Numbered from the stretch's first letter, positions 25,662 through 38,557 are shown. The stretch is 64,000 bases of DNA from Macrostomum lignano (GCA_002269645.1 NIVC01001598.1:1-64000); one strand, 5' to 3'. Made by a program: numbers and translations. The notes: a model not told the origin generated them from the sequence alone.

Positions 25662-28600
25662 ATGTCACTAATTGATGAAGCTGTGCCTACGGTTGATGAG
25701 GCTCCATCAGCAGCAGTCCTGCAGCAGCAGCTGGACAGGCAGGAGGCTGAGTTCAGTGAGCAGCGCGCAACAATGAAGGAGCTCTACTTGCAGAAGGAGG
25801 CGAAAATCCGTCAGCTGGAGGATGAGCTCGCCGATCTGAAAACTGCCGCCAAGCTCAAGGAGGAGGAGCTGGACTTTGTGCAGCAGAATTATAAGTGAGA
25901 GTCACCAGCTGATGTTAGAGTTAGAGCTGATGTTTGAGCTGATGGTAGAGTCCCTTCATCACCCATTGCAGGCAGGAGGTAGAGTCCCTTCATCACCCAT
26001 TGCAGGCAAGAGGTAGAGTCCCTTCATCCCTTCATCACCCATTGCAGGCAGGAGGTAAAGTCCCTTCATCACCCATTGCAGACAGGAGGTACCGGTAGAG
26101 TCCCTTCATCACCCATTGCAGACAGCAGGTAGAGTCCCTTCATCACCCATTGCAAGCAAGAGGTAGAGTCACTTCATCACCCATTGCAGACAGCAGGTAG
26201 AGTCCCTTCATCACCCATTGCAGACAGGAGGTACCGGTAGAGTCCCTTCATCACCCATTGCAGACAGGAGGTACCGGTAGAGTCACTTCATCACCCATTG
26301 CAAGCAAGAGGTAGAGTCCCTTCATCACCCATTGCAAGCAAGAGTTAGAGTCACTTCATCACCCATTGCAGACAGCAGGTAGAGTCCCTTCATCACCCAT
26401 TGCAGGCAAGAGGTAGAGTCCCTTCATCCCCCATTGCAAGCAAGAGGTAGAGTCCCTTCATCACCCATTGCAGACAGGAGGTAGAGTCCCTTCATCCCCC
26501 ATTGCAAGCAAGAGGTAGAGTCCCTTCATCACCCATTGCAGGCAGGAGGTAGAGTCCCTTCATCACCCATTGCAGACAGGAGGTAGAGTCCCTTCATCAC
26601 CCATTGCAAGCAAGAGGTAGAGTCCCTTCATCACCCATTGCAAGCAAGAGGTAGAGTCACTTCATCACCCATTGCAGACAGCAGGTAGAGTCCCTTCATC
26701 ACCCATTGCAGGCAAGAGGTAGAGTCCCTTCATCACCCATTGCAAGCAAGAGGTAGAGTCCCTTCATCACCCATTGCAAGCAAGAGGTAGAGTCCCTTCA
26801 TCACCCATTGCAGACAGGAGGTAGAGTCCCTTCATCACCCATTGCAAGCAAGAGGTAGAGTCCCTTCATCACCCATTGCAGACAGGAGGTAGAGTCCCTT
26901 CATCACCCATTGCAAGCAAGAGGTAGAGTCCCTTCATCACCCATTGCAGACAGGAGGTAGAGTCCCTTCATCACCCATTGCAGACAGGAGGTAGAGTCCC
27001 TTCATCACCCATTGCAGACAGGAGGTAGAGTCCCTTCATCCCTTCATCACCCATTGCAAGCAAGAGGTAGAGTCCCTTCATCACCCATTGCAAGCAAGAG
27101 GTAGAGTCCCTTCATCACCCATTGCAGGCAGGAGGTAGAGTCCCTTCATCACCCATTGCAGTCAGGAGGTAGAGTCCCTTCATCACCCATTGCAGACAGG
27201 AGGTAGAGTCCCTTCATCACCCATTGCAGGCAGGAGGTAGAGTCCCTGCACCACATCATTCGCGAGTCGGTTCGCGAGGCGGTAAGCGACGCCCAGGCCA
27301 AATTGGCGCACGAGTCGCAACTGTGGCAGCAGGAGAGGCTGGAAATGAGGCGTCAGATTGACGAGCTGCAGGCGGCCGCCGCAGCGGCCAGTTCGTCTTT
27401 CGCATCGGCCGCTGCTAGCACAGAGGAAGATGACAGCTTTCTGCACTCTATATCCAAGTCTTTGTCCAAGTCTGTGTCCAACAATAGCAAAGCGGCTGGA
27501 CATAAAGGCGGGCCGACCGCGGCACACGACGAGGTCGAGGCCAGCAATGAGGATTTGGAGGAGGCCATGGTCAGGGCGAAGCGGGACGTTGAAGTGCTCA
27601 AGTCCATTGTGGCTCCCTACCAGGTTTGGCAAATGCTTTTGCTTGCTGTACTTGTTTGTGGGGCAGAATAGCAATCATTGTTTATCAATTGTCTAATAGG
27701 CAGGACTAGCAATCCATCAATCTCATGAGCTAGACTAGCAATCCATCAATTCTCATGGGCTAGACTAGCAATCCATCAATTCTGATGAGCTAGACTAGCA
27801 ATCCATCAATTCTCATGAGCTAGACTAGCAATCCATCAATCTCATGAGCTATACTAGCAATCCATCAATTCTCATGAGCTAGACTAGCAATCCATCAATT
27901 CTCATGAGCTAGACTAGCAATCCATCAATTCTGATGAACTAGACTAGCAATCCATCAATTCTGATGAACTAGACTAGCAATCCATCAATTCTCATGAGCT
28001 TATTGAGCTAGACTAGCAATCCATCAATTCTCATGGGCTAGACTAGCAATCCATCAAATCTCATGAGCTAGATTAGCAATCCATCAATTCTGATGAGCTA
28101 GATTAGCAATCCATGAATTCTCATGGGCTAGACTAGCAATCCATCAATTCTCATGAGCTAGACTAGCAATCCATCAATCTCATGAGCTAGACTAGCAATC
28201 CATCAATTCTGATGAGCTAGATTAGCAATCCATGAATTCTCATGGGCTAGACTAGCAATCCATCAATTCTCATGAGCTAGACTAGCAATCCATCAATCTC
28301 ATGAGCTAGACTAGCAATCCATCAATTCTCATGAGCTAGACTAGCAATCCATCAATCTCATGAGCTAGACTAGCAATCCATTAATCTCATGAGCTAGACT
28401 AGCAATCCATCAATTCTCATGGGCTAGACTAGCAATCCACCAATTCTCATGAGCTAGACTTGCAATCCATCAATTCTGATGAGCTAGACTAGCAATCCAT
28501 CAATTCTCATGAGCTTATTGAGCTAGACTAGCAATCCATCAATTCTGATGAACTAGACTAGCAATCCATCAATTCTCATGAGCTTATTGAGCTAGACTAG

Positions 28601-31600
28601 CAATCCATCAATTCTCATGGGCTAGACTAGCAATCCATCAAATCTCATGAGCTAGATTAGCAATCCATCAATTCTGATGAGCTAGATTAGCAATCCATGA
28701 ATTCTCATGGGCTAGACTAGCAATCCATCAATTCTCATGAGCTAGACTAGCAATCCATCAATCTCATGAGCTAGACTAGCAATCCATCAATTCTCATGAG
28801 CTAGACTAGCAATCCATCAATCTCATGAGCTAGACTAGCAATCCATTAATCTCATGAGCTAGACTAGCAATCCATCAATTCTCATGGGCTAGACTAGCAA
28901 TCCACCAATTCTCATGAGCTAGACTTGCAATCCATCAATTCTCATGAGCTAGACTAGCAATCTATCAATTCTCATCAGCTAGACTAGCAATCCATCAATT
29001 CTCATGAGCTAGACTAGCAATCCATCAATCTCATGAGCTAGACTAGCAATCCATCAATTCTCATGAGCTAGACTAGCAATCCATCAATTCTCATGGGCTA
29101 GACTAGCAATCCACCAATTCTCATGAGCTAGACTAGCAATCCATCAATTCTGATGAGCTAGACTAGCAATCCATCAATTCTCATGAGCTAGACTAGCAAT
29201 CTATCAATTCTCATCAGCTAGACTAGCAATCCATCAATTCTCATGAGCTAGACTAGCAATCCATCAATTAGTACTCACAATCCGCAATCCCCAGGAGGAG
29301 GTCGCCTCGTTGAAGTCGCGCCTCCGCGAGGCCGAGGAGCGCCGGGACCGGGACGCGGCGGCTTGGGAGCAGCGCAGGCTGGTGCAGCAGCAGCAGCTCG
29401 AGCTGGAGCGGCGAAACACGGAAGCATTGAAGCTGTCGCTCAATCGGCTCAACGAACAGTACCTCGGGCAGCAGAGGCGGCTGTCTAGCGAGAATAGGCA
29501 CCTGGTTGGCCTCCTGGACGATGACCAGAAGCAGGTGCGCTAAGCTTCAAAATCCTTGATCCCTACAAGCCAAATCCCCAAAGATCCCAGATCCCCATAC
29601 GACAAATCCCCCCAAATCCCAGATCCCTAGAAGCCAAATCTCCCAAAATCCCAGATCCCTAGAAGCCAAATCTCCCAAAATCCCAGATCCCGACAAGTCA
29701 AATCCCCAAAAACCCCAGATCCCTGTAAGCCAAATGCCAAAAATCTCAAATCCCTATTGCCAAATCCCCAAAAATCCCAGATCCCAGATTCCCCCAAAAC
29801 CCCAGATCCATACAAGTCAAATGCCAAAAATCTCAAATCCCTACTACCAAATCCCCAAAAATCTCAAATCCCTACTGCCAAATCCCCAAAAATCCCAGAT
29901 CCCTACAAGCCGGTCTCCAATTCCCAAATTCCGCTTGACTTGAGCCCGCTTACCACTGCAGGCCCTCGCCGACTTCCGCACGCGCAAGAGCGGCGGCTCT
30001 GCCGGCGCTGAAAATTCTCACGCGGATTCTGACGGTGCCGCCGCCTCCGCGACGACGACTTCCGAGCACCAATCGACGCAATCTTCGTCACACGCTGTGG
30101 AGGACGGCGCTTTGGCGGCCTCCTCGCCGTTGCGAGACGCCCCGCCGGCCGACTCCAAGTCCGCCGTCCTTCGCCGGTCAGTCTCCGGTGGCCAGCTGTG
30201 CGAAGCGTCGGGTGCAGCAGCGGCTGCGGCACCTTCGACTGGCCTGGCGGAGACCGGGACAGCCTCGGCCGATACGCGGTCGCTTGCCAACTTGAGCATC
30301 TGCAGCGAAAGCGTCTCGGGGGCTGGTCGGATTGTTTCGGAACAGGTAGGGACTTGCTTGTCTCTGGAGTCGTCTGGACAGGGTTAGATGGATTGCTAGT
30401 CTGTGCTGTGGGATTTGAATGGGATTGCTATTCTGTGCTGTGGGATTTGAATGGGATTGCTAGTCTGTGCTGTGGGATTTGAATGGGATTGCTAGTCTGT
30501 GCTGTGTGGGATTTGAATGGGATTGCTAGTCTGTGCTGTGGGATTTGAATGGGATTGCTAGTCTGTTCCGTGGGATTTGAATGGGATTGCTAGTCTGTGC
30601 CGTGGGATTTGAATGGGATTGCTAGTCTGTGCTGTGTGGGATTTGAATGGGATTGCTAGTCTGTTCCGTGGGATTTGAATGGGATTGCTAGTCTGTGCTG
30701 TAGGATTTGAATGGGATTGCTAGTCTGTGCTGTGTGATTTGAATGGGATTGCTAGTCTGTGCCTTGGGATTTGAATGGGATTACTAGTCTATGCTGTGGG
30801 GATTTGAGTGGATTAAAATTTATTCAAGATAAACGCACATGCTTTATCCAGAGCAAAGATAAAGCTGCTAAGGTTAAGAAAGCGGCCCAGCTATCTAATA
30901 GCAGCGTTGCTAAGGTAATTAATTGCTCAGTAGGTAATATTTCAACGTAAAATATTTCAGGTTTGTATGCCTTTGAGTAGATTTTTATTCTGTATGATAT
31001 TTGCAAAGCCGTAGAGATGACTTTGATTTTACTTTATTTTTAATTTACTGATTTTCGATATACATAGTTGAATCTGAAGCCAAGTCTAAGATTGAAGACA
31101 CTAATTTGTAAAAAATTGTTTTTTAATTTCTTCATTTTTGACTTGTATCTTGATTGAATTTCTGATCCAGGACACAGTCCCAGCAATGACCCCAACCACA
31201 GTCCCAGCAATGACCCAAACCACAGTCCCAGCAATGACCCCAACTACAGTCTCAGCAATGACCCAAACCGCAGTCCCAGCAATGACCCCAACTACAGTCT
31301 CAGCAATGACCCAAACCGCAGTCCCAGCAATGACCCAAACTGCAGTCCCAGCAATGACCCCAACTACAGTCTCAGCAATGACCCAAACTGCAGTCCCAGC
31401 AATGACCTCAACTACAGTCTCAGCAATGACCCAAACCGCAGTCCAAAGAATGACCCAAACTGCAGTCCCAGCAATGATCCAAACCACAGTCCTAAAAAAG
31501 ACCCAAACCGCAGTCCCAGCAACGACCTAAACCACAGTCCCAGCAATGACCCAAACCACAGTCCCAGCAATGACCCCAACCGCAGTCCCAGCAATGACCC

Positions 31601-32795
31601 AAACCACAGTCCCAGCAATGACCCAAACCACAGTCCCAGCAATGACCCCGACCGCAGTCCCAGCAAAGCTGATCTGAAGCCCCAAAGCAGTGGCAGCTCC
31701 CCGTCCCGGTCCCGCAGGAGTGGTCCAACCTGCAGCTGGAGATCGACAAGGCCCGCCGCAAGGCCAGCGCCGGCTGCGAGCTCTGCCGCAACTACGAGGC
31801 GCAGCTGCAAACAGCGCAGGCCGCCCAGCGCGAGCGCGCCGAGGAAGCCACAAGATTGTCGACGGCGCTGCGCGCCGAAACCGCGCGCGCAGCCGAGCTC
31901 AGCGCCGGACTGGCCGACGCAGAGGCTCGAGCCGGCGAGGCCGCCGAGCGCTGGCGTGAGCAGGCCGACGAGTTCGCGCGCCAAACGGACGAGCTGCGCG
32001 CCTGTCTGGACCAGCTGGAGTCCCAGCGACTGTCCGAGTTTAGGGCCGAGGTTCGAGCCGAATTGGCGCGCCTGTTGGAGGACCGGACGGCGCTGCAATC
32101 GGAGCTGCAGCAGCTGGAGCGCTGGTGAGCTCAGGCCGGCTGCAGCTACATGCGTTAGTCAGCTGTGCTCAACCATTGCAGCTACATGCATTAGTCAGCT
32201 GTGCTCAACCATTGCAGCTACATGCATTAGTCAGCTGTGCTCAACCATTGCAGCTACATGCATTAGTCAGCTGTGCTCAACCATTGCAGCTACATGCATT
32301 AGTCAGCTGTGCTCAACCATTGCAGCTAAATGCATTAGTCAGCTGTGCTCAACCATTGCAGCTAAATGCATTAGTCAGCTGTGCTCAACCATTGCAGCTA
32401 AATGCATTAGTCAGCTGTGCTCAACCATTGCAGCTACATGCGTTAGTCAGCTGTGCTCAACCATTGCAGCTACATGCGTTAGTCAGCTGTGCTCAACCAT
32501 ACTGCTCTTAATGAACCACCCCAGGTACAATCACCTGCTGGAGTCTCGCGACGGTCGCACCGCCCAGCAGATGCGGGACGAGCTCATCGACCTGCCTGAC
32601 AATCTGGACGACGCCCAGGTGCTGGCGCTGCAGCTGCGCGAGGACCTCATCACGGCCAGGGCCAACCTTGAGCACGTCAGGCAGCGCGGCCGCGACCAGC
32701 TGGCCTTCGCCAAGCAGCAGCTGGAGGAGGAGGTCGCGATGAGGCGCCAGCTGCAGGTGTGAAGCTTTACGTGTCTGTCTGTCTGTCTGTCTGCC

Positions 32796-32848
<53 letters not shown>

Positions 32849-32882
32849 TGTCTGTCTGACTGTCTGTCTGTCTGTGTCTGAC

Positions 32883-32917
<35 letters not shown>

Positions 32918-32950
32918 GTGTCTGACTGTCTGTCTGTCTGTGTGTCTGAC

Positions 32951-32995
<45 letters not shown>

Positions 32996-33014
32996 TTCTG
33001 TCTGTCTGTCTGCC

Positions 33015-33098
<84 letters not shown>

Positions 33099-33690
33099 AC
33101 CGCAGCGGTGCCGCCCGCAGGCGCAGCTGCAGTCGGAGTCAGACCGGCTGAAGTCAGTCCAGTCGGAGTTGCAGGCAGCCGCGGCCAGCCGTCACAAGCT
33201 CGAAGACCGGCTGCAGCGCCAGCGGGAGGAGGCCGCCGAGGCGGAGGCGGCTCTGCGCTCAGCAGAGGCGGAGCTGAAGGCCCGCCTTGGCCGAAGCGAG
33301 TGCGAAGCGGCGGAGCTGAAGAACCGGGCGGCCTTCCTGCAGGTGGAGCTGCAGAACGCCATGAGCGTGCAGAAGGACTTTGTCGAGCTGTCGCAGTCTC
33401 TGCAGGTTCAGCTGGAGGGTCTCCGCCAGCAGGACACGGCCGAGGTCCGCTGGCAGTTCCCCGAGGACGCCGCCGCCTGCCACTCGTGCCAGCGGAAGTT
33501 CGCCGCCTCAGCCAAGCCGCGCCGCTGCCTGCACTGCGTGCGGCTCTTCTGCCAGGCCTGCACCGACAAGACCGTGCCCGCTGGGCCCTGCCGGCGGCCC
33601 GCCAACGTCTGCAGCGTCTGCCACACCATGCTAGTGAAGGACGCGGCGCCTTACTTCAGCGACAAGGCGCCTTCGCTGACTCAGCAATGA
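25662..33690 (+). CDS. RABEP1: Rabaptin-5 (Rab GTPase-binding effector 1) homologue with C-terminal FYVE-like zinc finger; exons 25662-25894, 27230-27623, 29295-29534, 29962-30345, 31718-32124, 32525-32756, 33121-33690 (819 aa)
   Basis: Rabaptin signatures EFSEQRATMKELYLQKE, VLKSIVAPYQEEVASLKSRLREAE, IVSEQEWSNLQ, CELCRNYEAQLQ, SVQKDFVELSQSLQVQLE, followed by an 8-Cys FYVE-type finger. GT-AG introns with phases 2,0,0,0,2,0; total 2460 nt. Confidence 0.92.
25943..27247. repeat. 34-bp minisatellite GGTAGAGTCCCTTCATCACCCATTGCAG(A/G)CAGGA, ~38 copies; the last copy spans the intron1/exon2 junction
   Basis: Visible periodicity; the final copy reads cag|G CAG GAG GTA GAG TCC CTG (K-QEVESL). Confidence 0.97.
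27703..29268. repeat. 30-bp minisatellite CTAGACTAGCAATCCATCAATTCTCATGAG, ~52 copies, rabaptin intron 2
   Basis: Visible periodicity; variant blocks recur. Confidence 0.97.
29545..29930. repeat. Degenerate AAATCCC/GATCCC low-complexity repeat, rabaptin intron 3
   Basis: Recurrent AAATCCCAGATCCC motifs. Confidence 0.85.
30385..30812. repeat. 32-bp minisatellite GGGATTTGAATGGGATTGCTAGTCTGTGCTGT, ~13 copies, rabaptin intron 4
   Basis: Visible periodicity. Confidence 0.95.
31171..31665. repeat. 24-bp minisatellite CACAGTCCCAGCAATGACCCAAAC, ~20 copies, rabaptin intron 4
   Basis: Visible periodicity. Confidence 0.95.
32140..32500. repeat. 36-bp minisatellite CATTGCAGCTACATGCATTAGTCAGCTGTGCTCAAC, ~10 copies, rabaptin intron 5
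   Basis: Visible periodicity. Confidence 0.96.
32771..33095. repeat. (GTCT)n microsatellite filling rabaptin intron 6
   Basis: Direct observation. Confidence 0.98.
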
Positions 33691-33714
33691 ACAGCTGGAC
33701 AGGAGAGCGGAGCG

Positions 33715-33985
33715 GATCGGGGATTTGGGATCTATGAACTTGGGAATTTAAGATTTGGGATCTGCGATTGGGGATCTCAGATTTGGGATCTGTGATTGGG
33801 GATCTCAGATTTGGGATCTGTGATTGGAGAACTCAGATTTGGGATCTGTGATTGGGGATCTCAGATTTGGGATCTGTGCTTGGAGAACTCAGATTTGGGA
33901 TCTGTGATTGGAGAACTCAGATTTGGGATCTGTAATTGGAGAACTCAGATTTGGGATCTGTGATTAAGGTCTCAGATTTGGGGTG
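33715..33985. repeat. 28-bp tandem repeat CTCAGATTTGGGATCTGTGATTGGGGAT just 3' of the rabaptin stop
   Basis: About 9 copies. Confidence 0.93.
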
Positions 33986-34369
33986 CACGGTAGAGATTCG
34001 CGATGAGGACCTAAGATTTGAGTGTACTGGTTGAGGATCTTGTCGAATTTGGGATCAGAAACGGATCCTAAGGGATTTTAAGTTGTACGCTCGTACGTGC
34101 AGATCTCTCGATCGTCCCTTGCTCCCTGAGTTCATAATGCGAAACCTCCGCCTCGTTCTCCAAAGACACCCGTCTTTTGGCCTTGTCGCATTTGCCGATG
34201 AAAGAGCCCGTAATTTGACCGTGCCAGTTTCCTGATCTTGCGTATTCTTACCTTATATTAGCATGCTTCATGAGAAATATTAACCATTTTTATTCCACTA
34301 AGGTGCGCTGCTGCCTGCTGAGCCTGCTCCCTATTCTTTCTCCTGGGCTTGGGGTTCGATTCACATGAC

Positions 34370-34562
34370 ATGCATTAGTTATGTATACATTATGTATGCA
34401 TGACATATGTATTAGTATGTATACATTATGTATACTTGACATATGTATTAGTATAATACATTATGCAAACATGATATGTATCAGTATGTATACATTATGC
34501 ATACATCACATACATGTATGTATTAGTATACATACATTATGTATACTTGACATATGTATTAG
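34370..34562. repeat. Degenerate ~36-bp ATGTATACATTATG...CATATGTATTAGT repeat
   Basis: About 5 imperfect copies. Confidence 0.8.
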
Positions 34563-36188
34563 TCGCTTGATTACCACGGTTTCATTACATGATTCACCCT
34601 ATCGGATGCCGGCTTTCCTACATGTGCTGAATGCGTTGTTAATGTAGTCGGATTTATTGCTGTGATTAGCCAAAATCAGTTTATTGATGAATATTCCTCC
34701 TGTCTGTATGTTTAGTCTGATGGTTCCTTAATGCATTGTTTTTTATTCATAAGTGGCTCTGCTGTAAGCCGTAACGCTTTGGTGAGACGAATAAATGTAA
34801 TATTTTTGCCATTCATAAATATTCTTGAACTATTCACTTATTGCTAAACTAAAACAGATTGATGCTGAAGTCTTGGATTGGTTATTTTTGGCCCATCAAT
34901 TATGGGATTATTGAGAGCAGTTGGTGCAGTAGCTGAATAGCACTTAAAATGGATACTTTCAAAACCAGTCACCAGACTTATTTGTCCTCAAAAATAAAAA
35001 ATTCACAAAACTTGTGAGCTTAGGAAACCAGTTTTACAATATCGGGCTCCAGAAAATTAATAATGAGTTCATGTATATTATTCACAGAGTCAAAGATAAA
35101 GATAGGAGAGCCAATGTTAGACTAAGGATTTTGATTGATAATGAAGAAAACAGCATTTTCAACAACATATATAATTATGCACAGCATGAAGCAAATTGAA
35201 TAATGAAAACTTACAACTTAAACAAGAGAAATGAATCTAATGAGCACTATTTAAAGTATTAAAATCGTCATTCAATTTAATAAGCAATTATGGCAAAATT
35301 ATAAGATGACTCATTTTATACAATAAGATTTAGGAATTTTTTTGCTGTTAGACTACACAATCACACATAATACTAAAATGCATACTAAGAAACCAGATTA
35401 TATAGATTAAACAAAAGATTTTTGAGGCACCAGGCACAAACATACTTATTTAACAGCAAAAAATGAAAATTATATTTCATTTATTAAATACCATTTATAC
35501 TGGTAGAAACACTTAAATAAATCAAGGCAGAAAATGAAGAAATGTAAAAATGTACTTAAATTTCTAGTTTTTTTTATAAGCAGATTTTATTGTTAAGAAT
35601 TACAGTTCTAAAAATTGGCAAAGTTGGAGACAAAATTTAACATAAATTGTATTTAAACAGAGAAAACGGTATTATTGTTAATTAATTTAAATTATTCTTA
35701 ATATTTTCTTGATGTGAAAACTCTGAAGGCTCCAATTGAGTAGTATCAAAAATTATAATTAAATAACAAAGATGATGAATTAGATTATTTTTAATGGCTT
35801 TAGTGATCTCAAGCTGCCTATCTGGGCAATTAAATTGTAGCCCAGAAATATACATTAATTAAAAATACAAAAGTCCATTTATATTCACTTGTATTTGACT
35901 ATATATTTATAGAGCAATGTTATTACAAAACTTAGATACTAGATATGATATATTTCATGCTTAGCTATTTAATCACAATGTAAAACCAATACTGCAATAG
36001 TGTAAAACTGTATATCAGTACTATAAATCAAGTAGGCCTATTAACTATATAAAATATAGAAGTATTCTATGATACTTAAAGTTAAAAATCAAGTGTCAAT
36101 TTTATAGGCCTAATTGAACTAGCTATTGAGACTAAGTTTATTTAGGACTGGATACTGAGTGAATCAACTTGGACTAACTTAAAGAAAG

Positions 36189-37103
36189 CTAAAAAGAAGG
36201 CTTATTGGATCCTGCTGGCACTGCTGCTGCTTCTGGTGCTGGTGCTGCTGGAATAGGCAGCTTATTGAGTCTGCAATAGGCTTCAATTGTATACTCGATG
36301 ATCTTCTCAATAAACTCCAATTGACCAGTCTCTTTGAACCGCTTCAAAAACTGTGGATCAAACTGCAGCAACATTGCTTTGTTGTCCGGCTCCTGGCCTT
36401 TGAACTTTTTCTCCAATTCCATGGCTGCCATGTCATACAGAGCCTCCACAATAAAGCGCCAATACATTGGCTTGTTACCCCAGTGCTCTGGGTGGTGTTC
36501 GTTGTGGCAATAGTGATGGTGCAGGCCAGTCTCCCAGGCGTCATCGTCACACTTGCTCCCATCGAAGCAGGGATACCATTTCATGGCGTAGGTGACAGTC
36601 TCTACAAAGCTGTACTTGCTGTCATCATGCACATCGATCTGCTCCTCAGTGGCATCTTGCTCTGGGCGGTACTCGGAGAGTAGGCGGCCTTCTTGGTGTA
36701 GTCTGGGCTTTACTGCAGAGATGACTAATTCATTAAAGACTACGAAGCCCCTTTTAACGTAGCTTTTGTGCCGATTGACGTACGAATAGTAAGTCTCCAC
36801 GTTCAGGTTCTTCCAAATCAGCTTTGTAGGCGGACTTTCAGTTAGAAGCGCTGATCGCTGTTCATCACTTCTCAGCTGCCTTAATTCACTCAGCCGTGCA
36901 GTCACATCTTGTTTCAACTTACAAGGCCAGACGAACAACAAGATACGCATTATCGTATGGTAGGGCTTGTGCTTGGACTTAATCTTCAGAATATCCAGTA
37001 ATTCTACATCTGTCTGGTCAACAGTGGCAATAAACGGCTCCGCAAAGATCTCGCTTTGTTTGGAGTAGCCTGCTATAATCAGACCTTCAGTCTGTTTAGA
37101 CAT
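36189..37103 (-). CDS. Intronless HD-like metal-dependent hydrolase, DUF5662-type (304 aa)
   Basis: Uninterrupted 915-nt ORF with YVNRHKSYV, HDDSKYSFVE, AWETGLHHHYCHNEHHPEHW, VEALYDMAA: the H...HD.SK...HH..N.HH.E.W...E...D pattern recalled for DUF5662 (not searched). GC-richer than its AT-rich flanks. Confidence 0.78.
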   Translation of the reverse strand: MSKQTEGLIIAGYSKQSEIFAEPFIATVDQTDVELLDILKIKSKHKPYHTIMRILLFVWPCKLKQDVTARLSELRQLRSDEQRSALLTESPPTKLIWKNLNVETYYSYVNRHKSYVKRGFVVFNELVISAVKPRLHQEGRLLSEYRPEQDATEEQIDVHDDSKYSFVETVTYAMKWYPCFDGSKCDDDAWETGLHHHYCHNEHHPEHWGNKPMYWRFIVEALYDMAAMELEKKFKGQEPDNKAMLLQFDPQFLKRFKETGQLEFIEKIIEYTIEAYCRLNKLPIPAAPAPEAAAVPAGSNKPSF

Positions 37104-38557
37104 GGATAACAATTAATACTCAACACTCCAAATAACACTTAGTAATTGTATATTCGTAATTAAAAGATACAAGCTCCATTTCCTAAGACCTTAGTAGCCA
37201 AGGCAACAAACAACTGCTATCGATTAAGCCAGTCAAGCTGCTGGCCATACCGAGAAAACTCCATGGGAATTCCGTGGGCAATCCAAATAGCTATAGCGGG
37301 CTGTGCGTACACTTGCCACTATGTACGTTTAACCCCCAAACCATTCTGTTTTTCAAGTTTCCAATAGTATAGCAGCCCTATCCCACCTCACAACCCCAGC
37401 CAAAGTCAAAGAGCAGCATTACATAGCATTAACGCTCAAGTGTACACAAGGAATGGAAAGTAGCTTGTTTCTCTTGCCTTCTGTTCTCAGTAGTTTTTTA
37501 TGGTCACAGATAAGGGGAAGGCAGAGCTTGCTGCCTCTGTCTTTTTATTCAGACATTTTAGAGGTAGCTCTGGCTTGACGCTTTAACCGTTTGTATTGTG
37601 CATATGCTCTATACATCAACTTGGAAATAAGCAATTTAGTATGCTTCTGCTTCCACAAGTCACATTAAAACACTAGCCATCAAAGGCAGCGCGAGCTGCA
37701 GAATTCCAGGCGAAGACAGACTGAAATGCAACACAATAGCGTATATGCAATTGTAAATTCAAACTGTGAATTTATAATTTCTATTGTGTAGCTTGTAGTT
37801 GTAGATGCATTTTTTCTGCTACTAAATGCACATCATATATTGCATTGCTGCTAACTTCATGTATGCGCACTGACAAAAGCAGCTTCTTAGTCGAGCATCT
37901 ACATGTATACATGTACGGTCCTCCTTGCCCTGGCCGGCAATTCCAGGGAAAGCTCACTTGAGGCGGGGTTTAAACTAGCAATGTACACGTTCAGACGTGC
38001 ACTCTTGTACTTCGGCCTTTCTCTCTCTACATGTACGCATGGGCAACTGCGACCCTGAAAATTGGTGCGAAATTTGTTTAATTAGCGTGTAATAATCTGT
38101 CTGCAACAAAGTCACTGCTGTATTAAATTATATGAAAGCGGAGATTTAATAATAAGGCAAGTCAGTTACAATCCAGTTGGATTAAATCAGTTCGTAACGA
38201 AGCCATGCACAATGCCAGGTGTGGCAGTTGCTTGTTTGGCAGCTTTTGAAAGCCTTTTCAATATTCTTGCACGGAAGAATTACTATAGTGTAGTATAGAG
38301 CACAATTATAAATAATATTCGAAACTTGTGTACAAAATAAGTGGATATAAATCGATAGCAAGTTAAATATACACAAATACTAAATCGAAGTCTACCGCGA
38401 GACTGTTTAATTTGAGTCAAAGCATAATTTATAAATAAGCAATTCCATGCAATGTCAGTTAGTATGCGTTAGCAATAGCATTGCTATATACTGCATCTCA
38501 TTAGCCTAAGCTGATACATAATACCGAAATTAGGGTCGAATTTAAGAAACGGTCTAA

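Noticed and set aside
25943-29268. Arrays with 30-34-bp units as possible CRISPR arrays
   Set aside because: Contiguous units without unique spacers, no cas genes, eukaryotic intron context.
31101-31530. Mucin-like Thr-rich ORF (TTVPAMTQ)
   Set aside because: 24-bp intronic array; flanking rabaptin exons join in frame without it (IVSEQ|EWSNLQ).
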